Counted from the first letter of the stretch, positions 1-9,226 are shown. The stretch: 32,000 nucleotides of DNA from Aeropyrum pernix K1 (GCF_000011125.1 NC_000854.2:630001-662000), one strand, 5' to 3'. Numbers and translations are program-made. Notes: a model not told the origin generated them from the letters alone.

Positions 1-140
1 TCCGCAACCATTTTTGGTTTACCACATATAATCTCGGGCAGGGTGTGTAAGACCCTGTAATTACCATACCCCCGTGCCGGTGTCGTCGGGGAAGCTTTCT
101 ACGTAGACGTGGATAACCTCTCAGGATTGACACTTTTGTC

Positions 141-1076
141 TCACATCTTCACCGCAACCAGGCCCAGCGCCCTCCTCCTAAAACCGAGGACCTCAAACCC
201 CGCCTCCCTTAGTAGCCTAGCTACCCTCCCGGGAAGATTTAACCCCCTGATCCTCCCGGGCTCTCCTGTGTAGTGGAAGAGCCTGCCACCCCTCCTTAAG
301 ATCCTGTGAAACTCCCTATAGAGTTCCAGAGTGTAAAGGCTGCTTGTGGACTTTGAGAACCTTGGGGGATCGTGTATTAGGGCGTCGAAGGCCGAATCGC
401 CGAAATCCCGGACGACTTCAACGGCGTCCCCAAGTATAATCCTAATTCTCTTGTCACGGAGGCGGTGGCTCCAAGGGTTGAGCGCGGCGAGCTGGAGGAC
501 GATCTCATCAACCTCCACCGTATAGACTAGCGAGGCCCCTCTAGCTATGGCCGCTATGGAGGTGTATCCCAGTCCTGTGCATGTGTCTAGCACCCTGAAA
601 CCCCTTTTCACGACCAGCGAGGCCTTAGCCAACGCATCACTCCAGGGGTCAGTCCCAGCCACCCTGTGCATGTGTATGCCGTTTATTTCAAGGGTAGGAG
701 GCTTGCCGCCGGGGAGTGGGACAAGCTTGTAGTACGAGCCCCTGTACGCCTCTGCAACTCCCATAAAGCCTGTGCTCCCCACGACGGCCATGCTCCTCTC
801 GCCGAGGGAAGCTGCATGCTCGTCTACAACAAACCTCGAACCACTTTCGCTCACGAGGACCGCCCTCTCGTCTATGCACTGCAACCCAAAGACTAGTCCA
901 CCCATCCTGACCTTAGCGGGCGGCCTCTCTCCCCTAGACCATTCTCTACACCTGCCGAGAAGCTCTTTGGCTATACTCGACGGAACTGCAATACGCCGTA
1001 GACTCCCCATGTTGTAGAGTTCCACTTCTATAGCCGAGCCACCTCTACACCGCCTGCCAAGAGGTGTCACGGGCAT
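141..1076 (-). CDS. Class I SAM-dependent methyltransferase (archaeal, COG2521-like by recollection)
   Basis: 311-aa ORF. SAM-binding loop VLDTCTGLGYTSIAA, acidic strand-2 end YTVEVD, and motif IV IHDPPRF typical of amino-directed MTases. TATA-like ctatatataat lies about 28 nt upstream of the ATG. Confidence 0.75.
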   Translation of the reverse strand: MPVTPLGRRCRGGSAIEVELYNMGSLRRIAVPSSIAKELLGRCREWSRGERPPAKVRMGGLVFGLQCIDERAVLVSESGSRFVVDEHAASLGERSMAVVGSTGFMGVAEAYRGSYYKLVPLPGGKPPTLEINGIHMHRVAGTDPWSDALAKASLVVKRGFRVLDTCTGLGYTSIAAIARGASLVYTVEVDEIVLQLAALNPWSHRLRDKRIRIILGDAVEVVRDFGDSAFDALIHDPPRFSKSTSSLYTLELYREFHRILRRGGRLFHYTGEPGRIRGLNLPGRVARLLREAGFEVLGFRRRALGLVAVKM

Positions 1077-1101
1077 GTTCTTGCTGCAAACCCGCTAATG
1101 G

Positions 1102-1112
1102 CTATATATAAT
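1102..1112 (-). promoter_or_regulatory. TATA-box-like element for the leaderless methyltransferase gene (palindromic, could also serve the plus strand)
   Basis: ctatatataat sits about 26-30 nt upstream of the ATG at 1076, the usual crenarchaeal TATA-to-start spacing for leaderless mRNAs. Confidence 0.45.
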
Positions 1113-1186
1113 TTTGCTGGATAGACCGTTTAACGCTTAAAATCATAGGTGATAACCTCTAAAACCGGGGCTGGAGGGCGACTACG

Positions 1187-1357
1187 TTGAAGCGGCTAGT
1201 ATACTCTAGGGAGGAGGAGGAAGAGGAGCTTTGGGAGGAAGAAGAGGAGGAAGAGCTGGAAGAGGAGGAGTTTTTCGACGAGGAAGAGCTAGAGGAGCTT
1301 GAGGAAGAAGAGGAGCTTTGGGAGGAGGAGCTCGAGGAGGAAGAGGAGGAAATATAG
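1187..1357 (+). CDS. Candidate hyper-acidic small protein (56 codons, TTG start), absent from the ORF track because it is under 60 aa
   Basis: Hand translation: (M/L)KRLVYSREEEEEELWEEEEEEELEEEEFFDEEELEELEEEEELWEEELEEEEEEI*. It has 36 Glu + 1 Asp of 56 residues. An in-frame stop at 1160-1162 bounds it upstream, TTG 1187 is the only candidate start, and the stop is TAG 1355-1357. It may instead be a non-coding low-complexity tract. Confidence 0.3.
   Translation: MKRLVYSREEEEEELWEEEEEEELEEEEFFDEEELEELEEEEELWEEELEEEEEEI
1208..1351 (+). repeat. Polypurine (GAR)n low-complexity tract with internal near-repeats
   Basis: About 145 nt consist almost entirely of gag/gaa/gga triplets on the plus strand. 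The unit gaggaaga(a)gaggagctttgggagga occurs twice (about 1217 and about 1301). Confidence 0.85.
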
Positions 1358-1539
1358 ACTGTTCAGGCTGACGAGCCTAGCCTCCCTATAAACACCTTTC
1401 CTGTGTTTCCCGAGTTCAATATTAGGACCTAGACCCTGCCCTATTATAGAAGGGCATCGCATTTGTATCACTCGAGGAGCAGTTCTACTCTATACATTTT
1501 ACCTCTTAGCGTAAGCGAAGGCCATCCTGGGAGTATGCC

Positions 1540-2403
1540 TTGTCTTCGCTGATAGGGTATGCACTAGCGTATGCCGCGAGCCTGCTGTTCGCAGTGTCCG
1601 ACGTTCTAGTTAGGAAAGCATCGAGAGATATAAGCCCGGCCGGCATACTCTTCCTCTCCCTCACCTCGGGCATACCGAGCCTGGCGGTGGTTTCGATACT
1701 TCTGGGGGAGCCCACGCTACCCGGTATGTGGTACCTACTCCTCTACTGCGCAATAGGTGCTGGCCACTTCTACTTTGGCAGGCTCTTCTTCTACACGGCT
1801 GTGGCGGGGCTAGGAGCGTCGAGCGCGGCGATAATAGTGTCGGCCACTCCCATAATGTCCAGTTTCTTGGCAGTTCTCCTCCTAGGGGAGGACCTCAGGC
1901 CCCCCGTACTAGCGGCTCTTATACTTGTGACGCTCGCCGCGTATATTGCCGCGAGAAACCCTTCGGGTAGGCCGCTACAGAACGTTAGCAGGAGCAGGGC
2001 CGTGTTGGCGGCTGCCGCTGCAACCCTAATATTCGCCTCCACCACGGTTGCTGTGAGGTGGATTGGGTTCCATGCGGACTCCCCCGTGTTGGGCGTCGTG
2101 GCCTCCTACACGGGGGCGTATCCTCTAGCACTAGCCACTGTGGAGGCTAGAAGAGTCTCCTGGGGGAAACCCGCTCTCTACACCGCGCTCGCCGCAGGCG
2201 TTGTTGTTGCTTTCGCCCAGGCGTCGAGATACTCCTCTCTAGAGCTAATACCAGTGCCAGAGGCCTCCGTGCTCTTCGGCCTGTTCCCCGTGAACACGGC
2301 AGTAATATCCGCTGTTGCCGGGGGTGAGGATGAGAGGCCTTCTAAAAAACACGTGGTTGCGGCGCTTATGTCTGTCGCTGCGGTGGCCATAATGTTCTCA
2401 TGA
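1540..2403 (+). CDS. EamA/DMT-family membrane transporter
   Basis: 287-aa ORF with a TTG start. About 10 hydrophobic Gly/Ala-rich helices are arranged as two similar halves, typical of drug/metabolite transporter superfamily proteins. Confidence 0.75.
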   Translation: MSSLIGYALAYAASLLFAVSDVLVRKASRDISPAGILFLSLTSGIPSLAVVSILLGEPTLPGMWYLLLYCAIGAGHFYFGRLFFYTAVAGLGASSAAIIVSATPIMSSFLAVLLLGEDLRPPVLAALILVTLAAYIAARNPSGRPLQNVSRSRAVLAAAAATLIFASTTVAVRWIGFHADSPVLGVVASYTGAYPLALATVEARRVSWGKPALYTALAAGVVVAFAQASRYSSLELIPVPEASVLFGLFPVNTAVISAVAGGEDERPSKKHVVAALMSVAAVAIMFS

Positions 2404-2428
2404 CACGCCATCTATTCCTGGCCGCCCT

Positions 2429-4615
2429 CTAGCCGGCCCTAGACCTGTAAAGTGCTGCTGCCACTATGATGATGGCGGCTGCGACGGCTGCACCCAGTAT
2501 TATGAGGGAGCTGTCGAGGCGTCCAGCAGTTTCCCCAGGGCTGACCGGCGTGGTTGCGGTCTCCTCCACGCCTGCCTTTCCTGCGGTTGTAGTCTCGCTG
2601 GTCTCCTCCGTCGTGGTCACAGTCTCGACAGTCTCACTGGTTGTCGTGGTTGCGGTTGTCTCGGTGGTCTCTGTCTCCTCTGTTGTCTCTGTGGCCGTCT
2701 CTGCGGGTGGTGTGGTGGTTGTTGTCTGGGGGGCAGGCACCTCCAGCTCTATCACTACTTCGCTAGCGTTTCCTGCCAGGTCTACAGCTATAATCTTAAT
2801 CCCCTCCATCCCGGGCACTGCCTGGGTTCGTATCATGTAGATCGAGGGGTCTAGACCGGAGAACACTGGAACCTCCTCGCCTAGCCCGAGGACCTCGGCT
2901 TGCACCTCCTCTATTCCCCAGCCTATGTCGGACACTTTGACCTGTATCGTCACGATGGAGCCTCTGAAGGGCTTGCTGGGTACTACAGACTGGACCTCTA
3001 TCTGCGGCGGCGTATCGTCCGGCTCGGCGTACATTATAGTCTTGCCTTTAGGACTCTCTATATTGAACGTGGCTATCCCTAGGTAGTAGAGGCCCTGGTC
3101 AACAATCTTGACGTCCACTGGGGATAGCCCGTCGGCTATCAGGTTGCTGGTATATACTTCGGCGGGAACGGCCTTAGAGAGCGGGTAGACTAGGGTAAGC
3201 CGTTCGAGCTTTACGCCGAACTCTTCGATATCGTATGTCCAGGAGTACGACTTACCCTCGGTACCGTAGGAGGCGTACACCTTGAAGCCCGTAGTGTCAA
3301 TACTCCCCTTCTCTAGCCTGTACTCGCGGTCGAGGGATATAACCTCGACCTGGCCGTCGGCGGTAACCCTAACGACCTTCGCGCCCCAGAAGTAGCCCTG
3401 TGGGTGGCCGTGCATCGCTGTTGTCGTGGTTATGAAGTACACGGGGGTGTTATCCTGCCTGAAGTATATGGCGTCTGCGTCCCTGTGTATGTGGCCAGAG
3501 AATACGACCTTGACCATATCATACCTGTTTATGATGTCGAAGAACCGCTCCACAAGCTCGAACTTAGACTCCCAGCTGCCGTAGAGCGCGCCTCTAAAGC
3601 TCTCCGGGTCTCCCTTGTACCTACCCGGGTCCGAGAATATTGGGTGGTGGACCAAGATAATGGCGACCACATCCTCGCCGCTGTACTGAGACAGAACGTT
3701 CTCCAGGAAGTCGAGGCCCTCAGGCTCTACATAGCCTTCCGACTGGCTGTCCAGGCCTATAAAGAGGAAGTTACCCCACTTGGCCGCCCAGTACCTGGCT
3801 GGCACGTTGTATTTGCCATAGAAGTCTAGCAGGAAAGATTCTAGGCCGGGAACCTGTGCCCAGTCGTGGTTACCCGGCACTGTCATAGTGGGTACTAGCA
3901 GCTGGTTCATTGCGAAGGCCCAGTTTCTATAGGAGCTCACGTTGATGCCGATATCGCTGATATCGCCAGTCACGACGACGAGGTCAAGGCCGAGCTCGTA
4001 CTTGAGAGTGTTAACTAGCGCCACGTCCCTGGCGAACTTTACGTCGTTAAGTATCCCCTTGTCTATGGCCCCGAAATGGATGTCGGTGAGGTGCATAATA
4101 ACGAGTTCGTCGGGAGGTGTATCATAGATTATGAGCGAGCGCGGCATCCAGACCATGTCTCCCGTAGTGAGAGTGAGATAGAGGTTGTAGAGGCCGGGTG
4201 CCGCGTCCTGCGGTATAGATAGCTTAGCCAGGGCTGGGCCCACCACAGCACCGTCCTGTATGGTTATAGAGTCGGATACCTTCTCCAGACTCTCCACGGT
4301 AAGCTCGATTCTCGCTCCTGTCTCCACGTTCACGGCATAAGCAGCCGCCACTTCGACGTATACGCTGAGCTCAACCTCAATGGAGCCGCCGGGCTGGGCT
4401 GATACGGGTTTAGCCCACGTTGGGTCTAGAATCCTTGCCTCGTTTTCCAGAGACTCCAGCACAGCCTGCCAGGGCTCGGGAGTCTCTTGGGAAGCGGCGG
4501 CCGCCGGGGCCTCGGTAAACCCGGGGAATGATGCGGCGAGGGTGCCTAGGACTATGAGGGCTACGAGGGCCAGTAGAGGTGCTCTAGCTAGGGGCGTCCT
4601 CAAATACCACACCAT
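2429..4615 (-). CDS. Secreted, C-terminally membrane-anchored calcineurin-like metallophosphoesterase
   Basis: 728 aa with an N-terminal signal-like segment LLALVALIVLGTLAA. The metallophosphoesterase motifs appear in order: LTDIH, TGDISD, PGNHD, LVHHP, SGHIHRD. The C-terminus has a Thr/Glu-rich linker, then a TM helix (LIILGAAVAAAIIIVAAAL) and a basic tail. tataaag lies about 28 nt upstream of the ATG. Confidence 0.85.
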   Translation of the reverse strand: MVWYLRTPLARAPLLALVALIVLGTLAASFPGFTEAPAAAASQETPEPWQAVLESLENEARILDPTWAKPVSAQPGGSIEVELSVYVEVAAAYAVNVETGARIELTVESLEKVSDSITIQDGAVVGPALAKLSIPQDAAPGLYNLYLTLTTGDMVWMPRSLIIYDTPPDELVIMHLTDIHFGAIDKGILNDVKFARDVALVNTLKYELGLDLVVVTGDISDIGINVSSYRNWAFAMNQLLVPTMTVPGNHDWAQVPGLESFLLDFYGKYNVPARYWAAKWGNFLFIGLDSQSEGYVEPEGLDFLENVLSQYSGEDVVAIILVHHPIFSDPGRYKGDPESFRGALYGSWESKFELVERFFDIINRYDMVKVVFSGHIHRDADAIYFRQDNTPVYFITTTTAMHGHPQGYFWGAKVVRVTADGQVEVISLDREYRLEKGSIDTTGFKVYASYGTEGKSYSWTYDIEEFGVKLERLTLVYPLSKAVPAEVYTSNLIADGLSPVDVKIVDQGLYYLGIATFNIESPKGKTIMYAEPDDTPPQIEVQSVVPSKPFRGSIVTIQVKVSDIGWGIEEVQAEVLGLGEEVPVFSGLDPSIYMIRTQAVPGMEGIKIIAVDLAGNASEVVIELEVPAPQTTTTTPPAETATETTEETETTETTATTTTSETVETVTTTEETSETTTAGKAGVEETATTPVSPGETAGRLDSSLIILGAAVAAAIIIVAAALYRSRAG
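2546..2743 (-). repeat. Thr/Glu-rich low-complexity linker coding region (probable glycosylated stalk)
   Basis: Encodes QTTTTTPPAETATETTEETETTETTATTTTSETVETVTTTEETSETTTAG.... Coordinates are approximate. Confidence 0.7.
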
Positions 4616-4639
4616 AGATTCAGCCTATTGCGATAACCC

Positions 4640-4646
4640 CTTTATA
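4640..4646 (-). promoter_or_regulatory. TATA box for the metallophosphoesterase gene
   Basis: Minus-strand tataaag is centred about 28 nt upstream of the ATG at 4615. Confidence 0.45.
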
Positions 4647-4775
4647 GTGGACATCCTCCGGTTGAAAGCCCTATGTAAAGACGGTTTTATTCTGTGTCTG
4701 GAAACGGAGGGAGGCCCTCTTATTAGCCCTAGAGCGTTGAATGGGAAACCGGATGGATCGGCAGGGTGGAATGTA

Positions 4776-5978
4776 TTGGCTAGGCCTGGGCTAGCGGTCC
4801 TCCTAGCAAGTCTCTTCATCGTCCCCCTCCTGCTCTCCGCGGCCTCCCTCGCCTCTCCAGGAGGCGTGATTGTTGCTGTCGACGTGAGCCACGGCCAGGG
4901 TACGGAGGGCCTAGACACCATCGTCTCCAGCTGCGCCGGCTGCACATGGGTCCTAATACTGGCTGACGAGTCCCAGGAGGCCAACATAACGCCTGATATC
5001 CTGGATCTGTTCCAGGAGAAGCGGTATGGAGGGCTAACGCCGGAGAACCTCTCCGACGTTGACGTCCTCCTCATAGGCCAGGCTACCTCCCTTCTCTCCA
5101 ACGACGAGGTCTCCGCTATTGCAAGCTGGGGCTCGCAGGGCAAGAAGGCGGTGTGGGTTGCTGGCGACAGCGACTATCCCGCTCAGGGGAGCGAGACCGC
5201 CCAGCAAGTTGTCAACCAGGTGCTGGAGGCGCTGAATAGCAATATAAGGATTGACTACGTAAGCGTGGAGGATGACGAGAGCAACGCTGAGAGGTCCTAC
5301 AGGGTTGTCGGTATTGTTGACCCTGAGGGAGTGTTCTCATTCCTCAAGGAGGGCCTGCCCAACGGGGGCAAGGTGCTATTCCACGGTCCCGGCGGCCTCT
5401 TCGTGATAGGCACCGACGGAGCCCCGGCCAACCCGGTTAAGGAGCCTGAGAAGAAGCCGGAGAACGTGTACGTGATAGTTAGGACCACGGAGAACTCGAG
5501 GAGCGTCCAGCACCAGGACCCGAGTAACGGCGGCCTCCCAGCGGTGCTCTACGACCCGCTCAGCGACTTCTACAACACAGGCCCATTCCCGCTTATGATG
5601 GCCGAGGTCAAGGACAACGTGCTGATATTCGCCAGCAGTGAGACCATGTATGGAGGCTACGAGCCCATGACTGCTCCCGAGTACTACGGGGTGCAGCTTG
5701 ACGGGCCGCAGTTCGTAGCCAAGGTCATAGCAACCATGGTAGGGTTCACCCAGGGCACATTCATAGTGGTGGAGAAGGTTATAACGCAGACCGAAACAGT
5801 GACAGAGACAGTTACAAAGACCCAGACGGAGACGACCACTAAAACTGAGACCGCAACTGTGACCGAGACCGTTACTCAGACTACTACAGTCACTGAGACG
5901 AATACGGCAGTTATTGCAGCCGCCGTGATAATAATCCTGGCAGCACTGGGCGCAGCGTTCTTCCTGCTGAGGAGATAG
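4776..5978 (+). CDS. Secreted surface protein of unknown function with a Thr-rich stalk and C-terminal TM anchor
   Basis: The tracked ORF starts at 4380, but its first ~120 codons are antisense to the metallophosphoesterase gene. In-frame TTG at 4776 (alternative TTG at 4737) gives a good signal peptide, (M)ARPGLAVLLASLFIVPLLLSAASLASP. The C-terminus is ITQTETVTETVTKTQTETTTKTETATVTETVTQTTTVTETNT followed by TM AVIAAAVIIILAALGAAFFLL-RR. Confidence 0.7.
   Translation: MARPGLAVLLASLFIVPLLLSAASLASPGGVIVAVDVSHGQGTEGLDTIVSSCAGCTWVLILADESQEANITPDILDLFQEKRYGGLTPENLSDVDVLLIGQATSLLSNDEVSAIASWGSQGKKAVWVAGDSDYPAQGSETAQQVVNQVLEALNSNIRIDYVSVEDDESNAERSYRVVGIVDPEGVFSFLKEGLPNGGKVLFHGPGGLFVIGTDGAPANPVKEPEKKPENVYVIVRTTENSRSVQHQDPSNGGLPAVLYDPLSDFYNTGPFPLMMAEVKDNVLIFASSETMYGGYEPMTAPEYYGVQLDGPQFVAKVIATMVGFTQGTFIVVEKVITQTETVTETVTKTQTETTTKTETATVTETVTQTTTVTETNTAVIAAAVIIILAALGAAFFLLRR
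5781..5906 (+). repeat. Cryptic T-E-T-V-T type repeat coding region (stalk)
   Basis: 42 codons have alternating Thr (acn) with Glu/Val/Gln/Lys. The DNA shows reiterated acng/agac units. Confidence 0.7.
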
Positions 5979-6198
5979 TAGCCAAGCATGAAACACTAAA
6001 GATCGGTTACGTTTCACACCCACTTTTTAACCCTATTCTTCACCACATGATTCGATTTCGCGGAAGTTTCGTCCGGCCCGTTTTTCTCGCCCTTCCTCCC
6101 TCTATCTGCGGGGTGATTGCTAGCCAGCACCCTATGTCTAAACAACATACCTAATCTTTTAACACTCGAATTTAGCTTTCAAACGGGGTGGCGGGGGG

Positions 6199-7671
6199 TT
6201 GGCTGGTCAGGCGGTTCTGGTTAGCCTCTTCGTCCTCCTGCTCTACCTGGCCCTGGGCTCCCTGATAACCCTCTACGCTAGGAGGAGGATGGCACGGGGG
6301 GAGGGGGAGTTCTACCTTGCTGGTAGGAGGCTGACGGGGTTTCTCTCCGCTATGACTTATGCCGCCACAACTTACAGCAGCTTTATGATTGTTGGTCTAG
6401 TAGGCCTCGCTTACTTCACGGGGATCGGGAGCCTAGTGTTCGAGCTTGCCTACCTAGTGGCTACCGTGATACTCTTATCCTTATTCTCCCGCAGGGTCTG
6501 GAGGATGTCCAGGGAGAGGGGCTGGGTCAGCCCTGGCGAGATGCTTGCAGACCTTTTGGGCAGCCCGTGGGTGGCTCTAACCGCTAGTCTCGTTTTCCTA
6601 GTGTCGCTCGTACCCTACGCCTCAGCCCAGCTGAAGGGCATCGCCGAGACTATAGTAGCTATAGCCGGCTATAGTCCCGGCGACAACACCGCTTACATGG
6701 TTGCTGTTGGTGTGGCCCTGCTGATACTACTCGCCTGGTCGCTCCTAGCGGGCGTTAGGGGTGTGGTTCTAACGGACGCCTTCCAGGGGCTCTGGATGCT
6801 AACCGCTGGCTCTCTCCTCTTCCTATGGCTAGCTTCCAGGGTGTTTTCAAAGTCTGGCGCCAGCGAGGTCCTCTCGGCAATGGAGTCTGCGGGGCTCTTC
6901 GATATGTGGAGTGCGACACTGCTAATAGGCTTCGTGACGCCATGGGTGTTCTTCGCCGTGACCAACCCCCAGGTTGTCCAGAGGCTCTATATGCCGAAGG
7001 ATGAGGAAAGCTTGAGGAGGATGATCCTCTACTTCTTCCTCTTCGGCCTCTACTACACGGTCCTTGTGGTCGCCATAGGCTTCCTCGCCAGGGCTGGGGT
7101 GGAGCTTGGCATATTAAGTATAGAGCCGCAGGGGAGGGACCAGGTAACCCCCCAGCTGCTGTCCCTAGCGCACCCTCTGCTGGCGGCGCTAGTGTTCACC
7201 AGCATTGTAGCAGCCTCGGTATCCACTGCCGACAGCATTATACTGGCCCTGGCGAGCAGCGCCTCCAGGGATATAGGCCTGCTCGTCCTCAGGCTGGATG
7301 AGAAGGGTAGGCTGAGGCTTGGCTATGCAGCGGCGGCGCTGTTCACCGTCTTAATGGCTGTTTTCGCGGCCACCAGGATAGGCTACATAGTCCAGCTGTC
7401 CGTGCTGAGCAGTGTAATGCTCCTTGGCCTGGCGCCGGTTACTATAGCAGCATGGGTGGGGCTGAGGGTTCACCCGGCGCTGGCGGTGGCTTCCATAGCA
7501 ACGGGACCTGTATTGGTGGCAGCTAACGTCCTCTACTCGCTAGCTGTAGGGGGCGAGGTTTCCCTGAGCCCTGCTAAGCAGGTATTGGGTGTTCCGATTA
7601 GCGTTTGGGTGCTCGCCATCTCTCTTGCCTTGACAGCGGCCGGTATAGCTCTTGTCAGGGGAAGGCGATAG
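6199..7671 (+). CDS. Sodium:solute symporter (SSS) family transporter
   Basis: 490-aa ORF with a TTG start and about 13 hydrophobic helices. The overall pattern recalls PanF/PutP-type SSS carriers. Substrate cannot be inferred. Confidence 0.7.
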   Translation: MAGQAVLVSLFVLLLYLALGSLITLYARRRMARGEGEFYLAGRRLTGFLSAMTYAATTYSSFMIVGLVGLAYFTGIGSLVFELAYLVATVILLSLFSRRVWRMSRERGWVSPGEMLADLLGSPWVALTASLVFLVSLVPYASAQLKGIAETIVAIAGYSPGDNTAYMVAVGVALLILLAWSLLAGVRGVVLTDAFQGLWMLTAGSLLFLWLASRVFSKSGASEVLSAMESAGLFDMWSATLLIGFVTPWVFFAVTNPQVVQRLYMPKDEESLRRMILYFFLFGLYYTVLVVAIGFLARAGVELGILSIEPQGRDQVTPQLLSLAHPLLAALVFTSIVAASVSTADSIILALASSASRDIGLLVLRLDEKGRLRLGYAAAALFTVLMAVFAATRIGYIVQLSVLSSVMLLGLAPVTIAAWVGLRVHPALAVASIATGPVLVAANVLYSLAVGGEVSLSPAKQVLGVPISVWVLAISLALTAAGIALVRGRR

Positions 7672-7723
7672 AATTTTTCAATTATTATTTCCATGTATTC
7701 CCCTATGAAGAGGAGTACATGCG

Positions 7724-8755
7724 GTGGTGGAAGCTCCCTTGAAGCGTGTAGGAGACCTTGAGGACCTCGCCGGGCTGAGGGTTTTAGTTTTCGGTGCTGG
7801 AGGAGGGGGAGACGCCCTCGGCGCCGTACATCTGTACAGGAGGCTGGAGAGGATTGGAGCAGAGCCTGTGCTAGGGAGCATCGTCTGGGAGAGGAGAGTG
7901 GTAGATCCGACCCCAGGGCCTATACCCGTGTGGGCGATAGAAGGGTCTCAGAGGCTGGCCGAGCACGCCGCAATAGTAAGAGGGTGGGAGCGGGTTGAAA
8001 GGCAGGGGGTAAGGTTCACCCCCCAGATCGTGAGGGCTGCCCGCGCCCTTGGTGTTGAGGCTGTAGCGCTCGGCGTCGACGGGGGCAGCATGGGGCTGGC
8101 TGAGGCTCTAGACACTTTAGCCAGGTTCTACGGGCTAGACGCTATCATAGCCCTCGACTCGGGGGGCGACGCCCTCGCCACGGGCTGCGAGGAGGACTTG
8201 TGGAGCCCGCTCGCAGACGCTGTGAGCCTATCATCCTTGTTGGATGTTAAAGTGGATGTGAAGCTTCTAGCCGTCCACGGTTACGGCGTTGACGGCGAGC
8301 TCCCTAGAAGCTACGTCCTCAAGAGGATAGCCGATGTTGCCAGGGAGGGAGGGCTTGTAGCCTTCACCGGTATAACAAGGCTTGACGCCGAGCTTCTTGA
8401 GAATATGGAGCGTGATTTCGTGAGTGAGGCCTCGAAAGCACCACTATGGGCTTTCAGAGGCGAGTGGGGAGAGAGGAGCATAAGGGGGGGTACAAGGGTT
8501 GTGGAGCTCGACCCCCTCCAGGCTACAACAGCCATAATGGATGTTGATAAGGTAGCGTCGATAACCAGCCTACCACACAGCGTGGCTGGCAGTAGGAGTA
8601 TCTACGAGGCTAACGCGAGGCTTAACGAGAGGTGCATCTACACAGAGCTAAACTTGGAGGAGGACCTCGCCAGGCATCCTGGATTGAGCGCGGTCGAGGC
8701 TAGAAGCAGGGGTAGAAGCCTCCTTAGAAGGCTTGGCTGTAGGCCCCTCTGCTAG
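7724..8755 (+). CDS. Conserved archaeal hypothetical protein (resembles DUF1152 by recollection)
   Basis: 343-aa soluble ORF. Glycine-rich motifs VFGAGGGGDALGA (N-terminal) and ALDSGGDALATG (mid-protein) suggest a nucleotide or phosphate-binding fold. Confidence 0.55.
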   Translation: MVEAPLKRVGDLEDLAGLRVLVFGAGGGGDALGAVHLYRRLERIGAEPVLGSIVWERRVVDPTPGPIPVWAIEGSQRLAEHAAIVRGWERVERQGVRFTPQIVRAARALGVEAVALGVDGGSMGLAEALDTLARFYGLDAIIALDSGGDALATGCEEDLWSPLADAVSLSSLLDVKVDVKLLAVHGYGVDGELPRSYVLKRIADVAREGGLVAFTGITRLDAELLENMERDFVSEASKAPLWAFRGEWGERSIRGGTRVVELDPLQATTAIMDVDKVASITSLPHSVAGSRSIYEANARLNERCIYTELNLEEDLARHPGLSAVEARSRGRSLLRRLGCRPLC

Positions 8756-9105
8756 CCCTCTTTGTTCGCAGTCCTTATCGTCGAGTATGCCTTGAGCGAC
8801 ATCACCGTCTCCTCCAGAATCTCAACCCTCTCTATCAGATAGGTTATGGCGTCTTCCATCTGCCTGTACTTGCCCTCGAGAAGGGTGAGCTTCATCCTGT
8901 AGTCTTTTTCAAGCTTATCTAACTTTCTGCTGAGCGCCAGGAGGGTCTTGGTAGACTCCTCGCTCGACTCCGCTGCGAAACCCTTGTTAAGCCCCATCTT
9001 AATGTAGAACTTGATTATGTCGGTAACCTGCACCCCGAGCTCTGCAGCCCTCTTCTTTAGCTCGCTGTATACGCTGTCGGGTAGGGATAGGTGAACGGTG
9101 GGCAA
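8752..9105 (-). CDS. Ribbon-helix-helix (CopG/Arc-like) DNA-binding protein with a C-terminal coiled coil
   Basis: 117 aa with a TTG start. The N-terminus VHLSLPDSVYSELKKRAAELGVQVTDIIKFYIKMGL fits a beta-strand/helix/helix RHH pattern. The C-terminal half is heptad-like (LDKLEKDYRMKLTLLEGKYRQMEDAITYLIERVEILEE). Confidence 0.6.
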   Translation of the reverse strand: MPTVHLSLPDSVYSELKKRAAELGVQVTDIIKFYIKMGLNKGFAAESSEESTKTLLALSRKLDKLEKDYRMKLTLLEGKYRQMEDAITYLIERVEILEETVMSLKAYSTIRTANKEG

Positions 9106-9226
9106 TGTCTTTCCCCATTAAGAAAAATACTGCAGTACTAGTATTTAAATTAATCTGTCCATGTCTTTTCCTATGGAGAATAATACCGGAAATCCCGGGG
9201 GACAATCTTTTTCTACATAACAGGCT

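Noticed and set aside
1289-1471. 60-aa minus-strand ORF (poly-Leu/Phe)
   Set aside because: It is the antisense reading of the polypurine (GAR)n tract, with non-protein-like composition.
4380-4775. N-terminal 132 codons of the tracked 532-aa ORF
   Set aside because: They are antisense to the strongly supported metallophosphoesterase gene and its promoter. An internal TTG gives a proper signal peptide.
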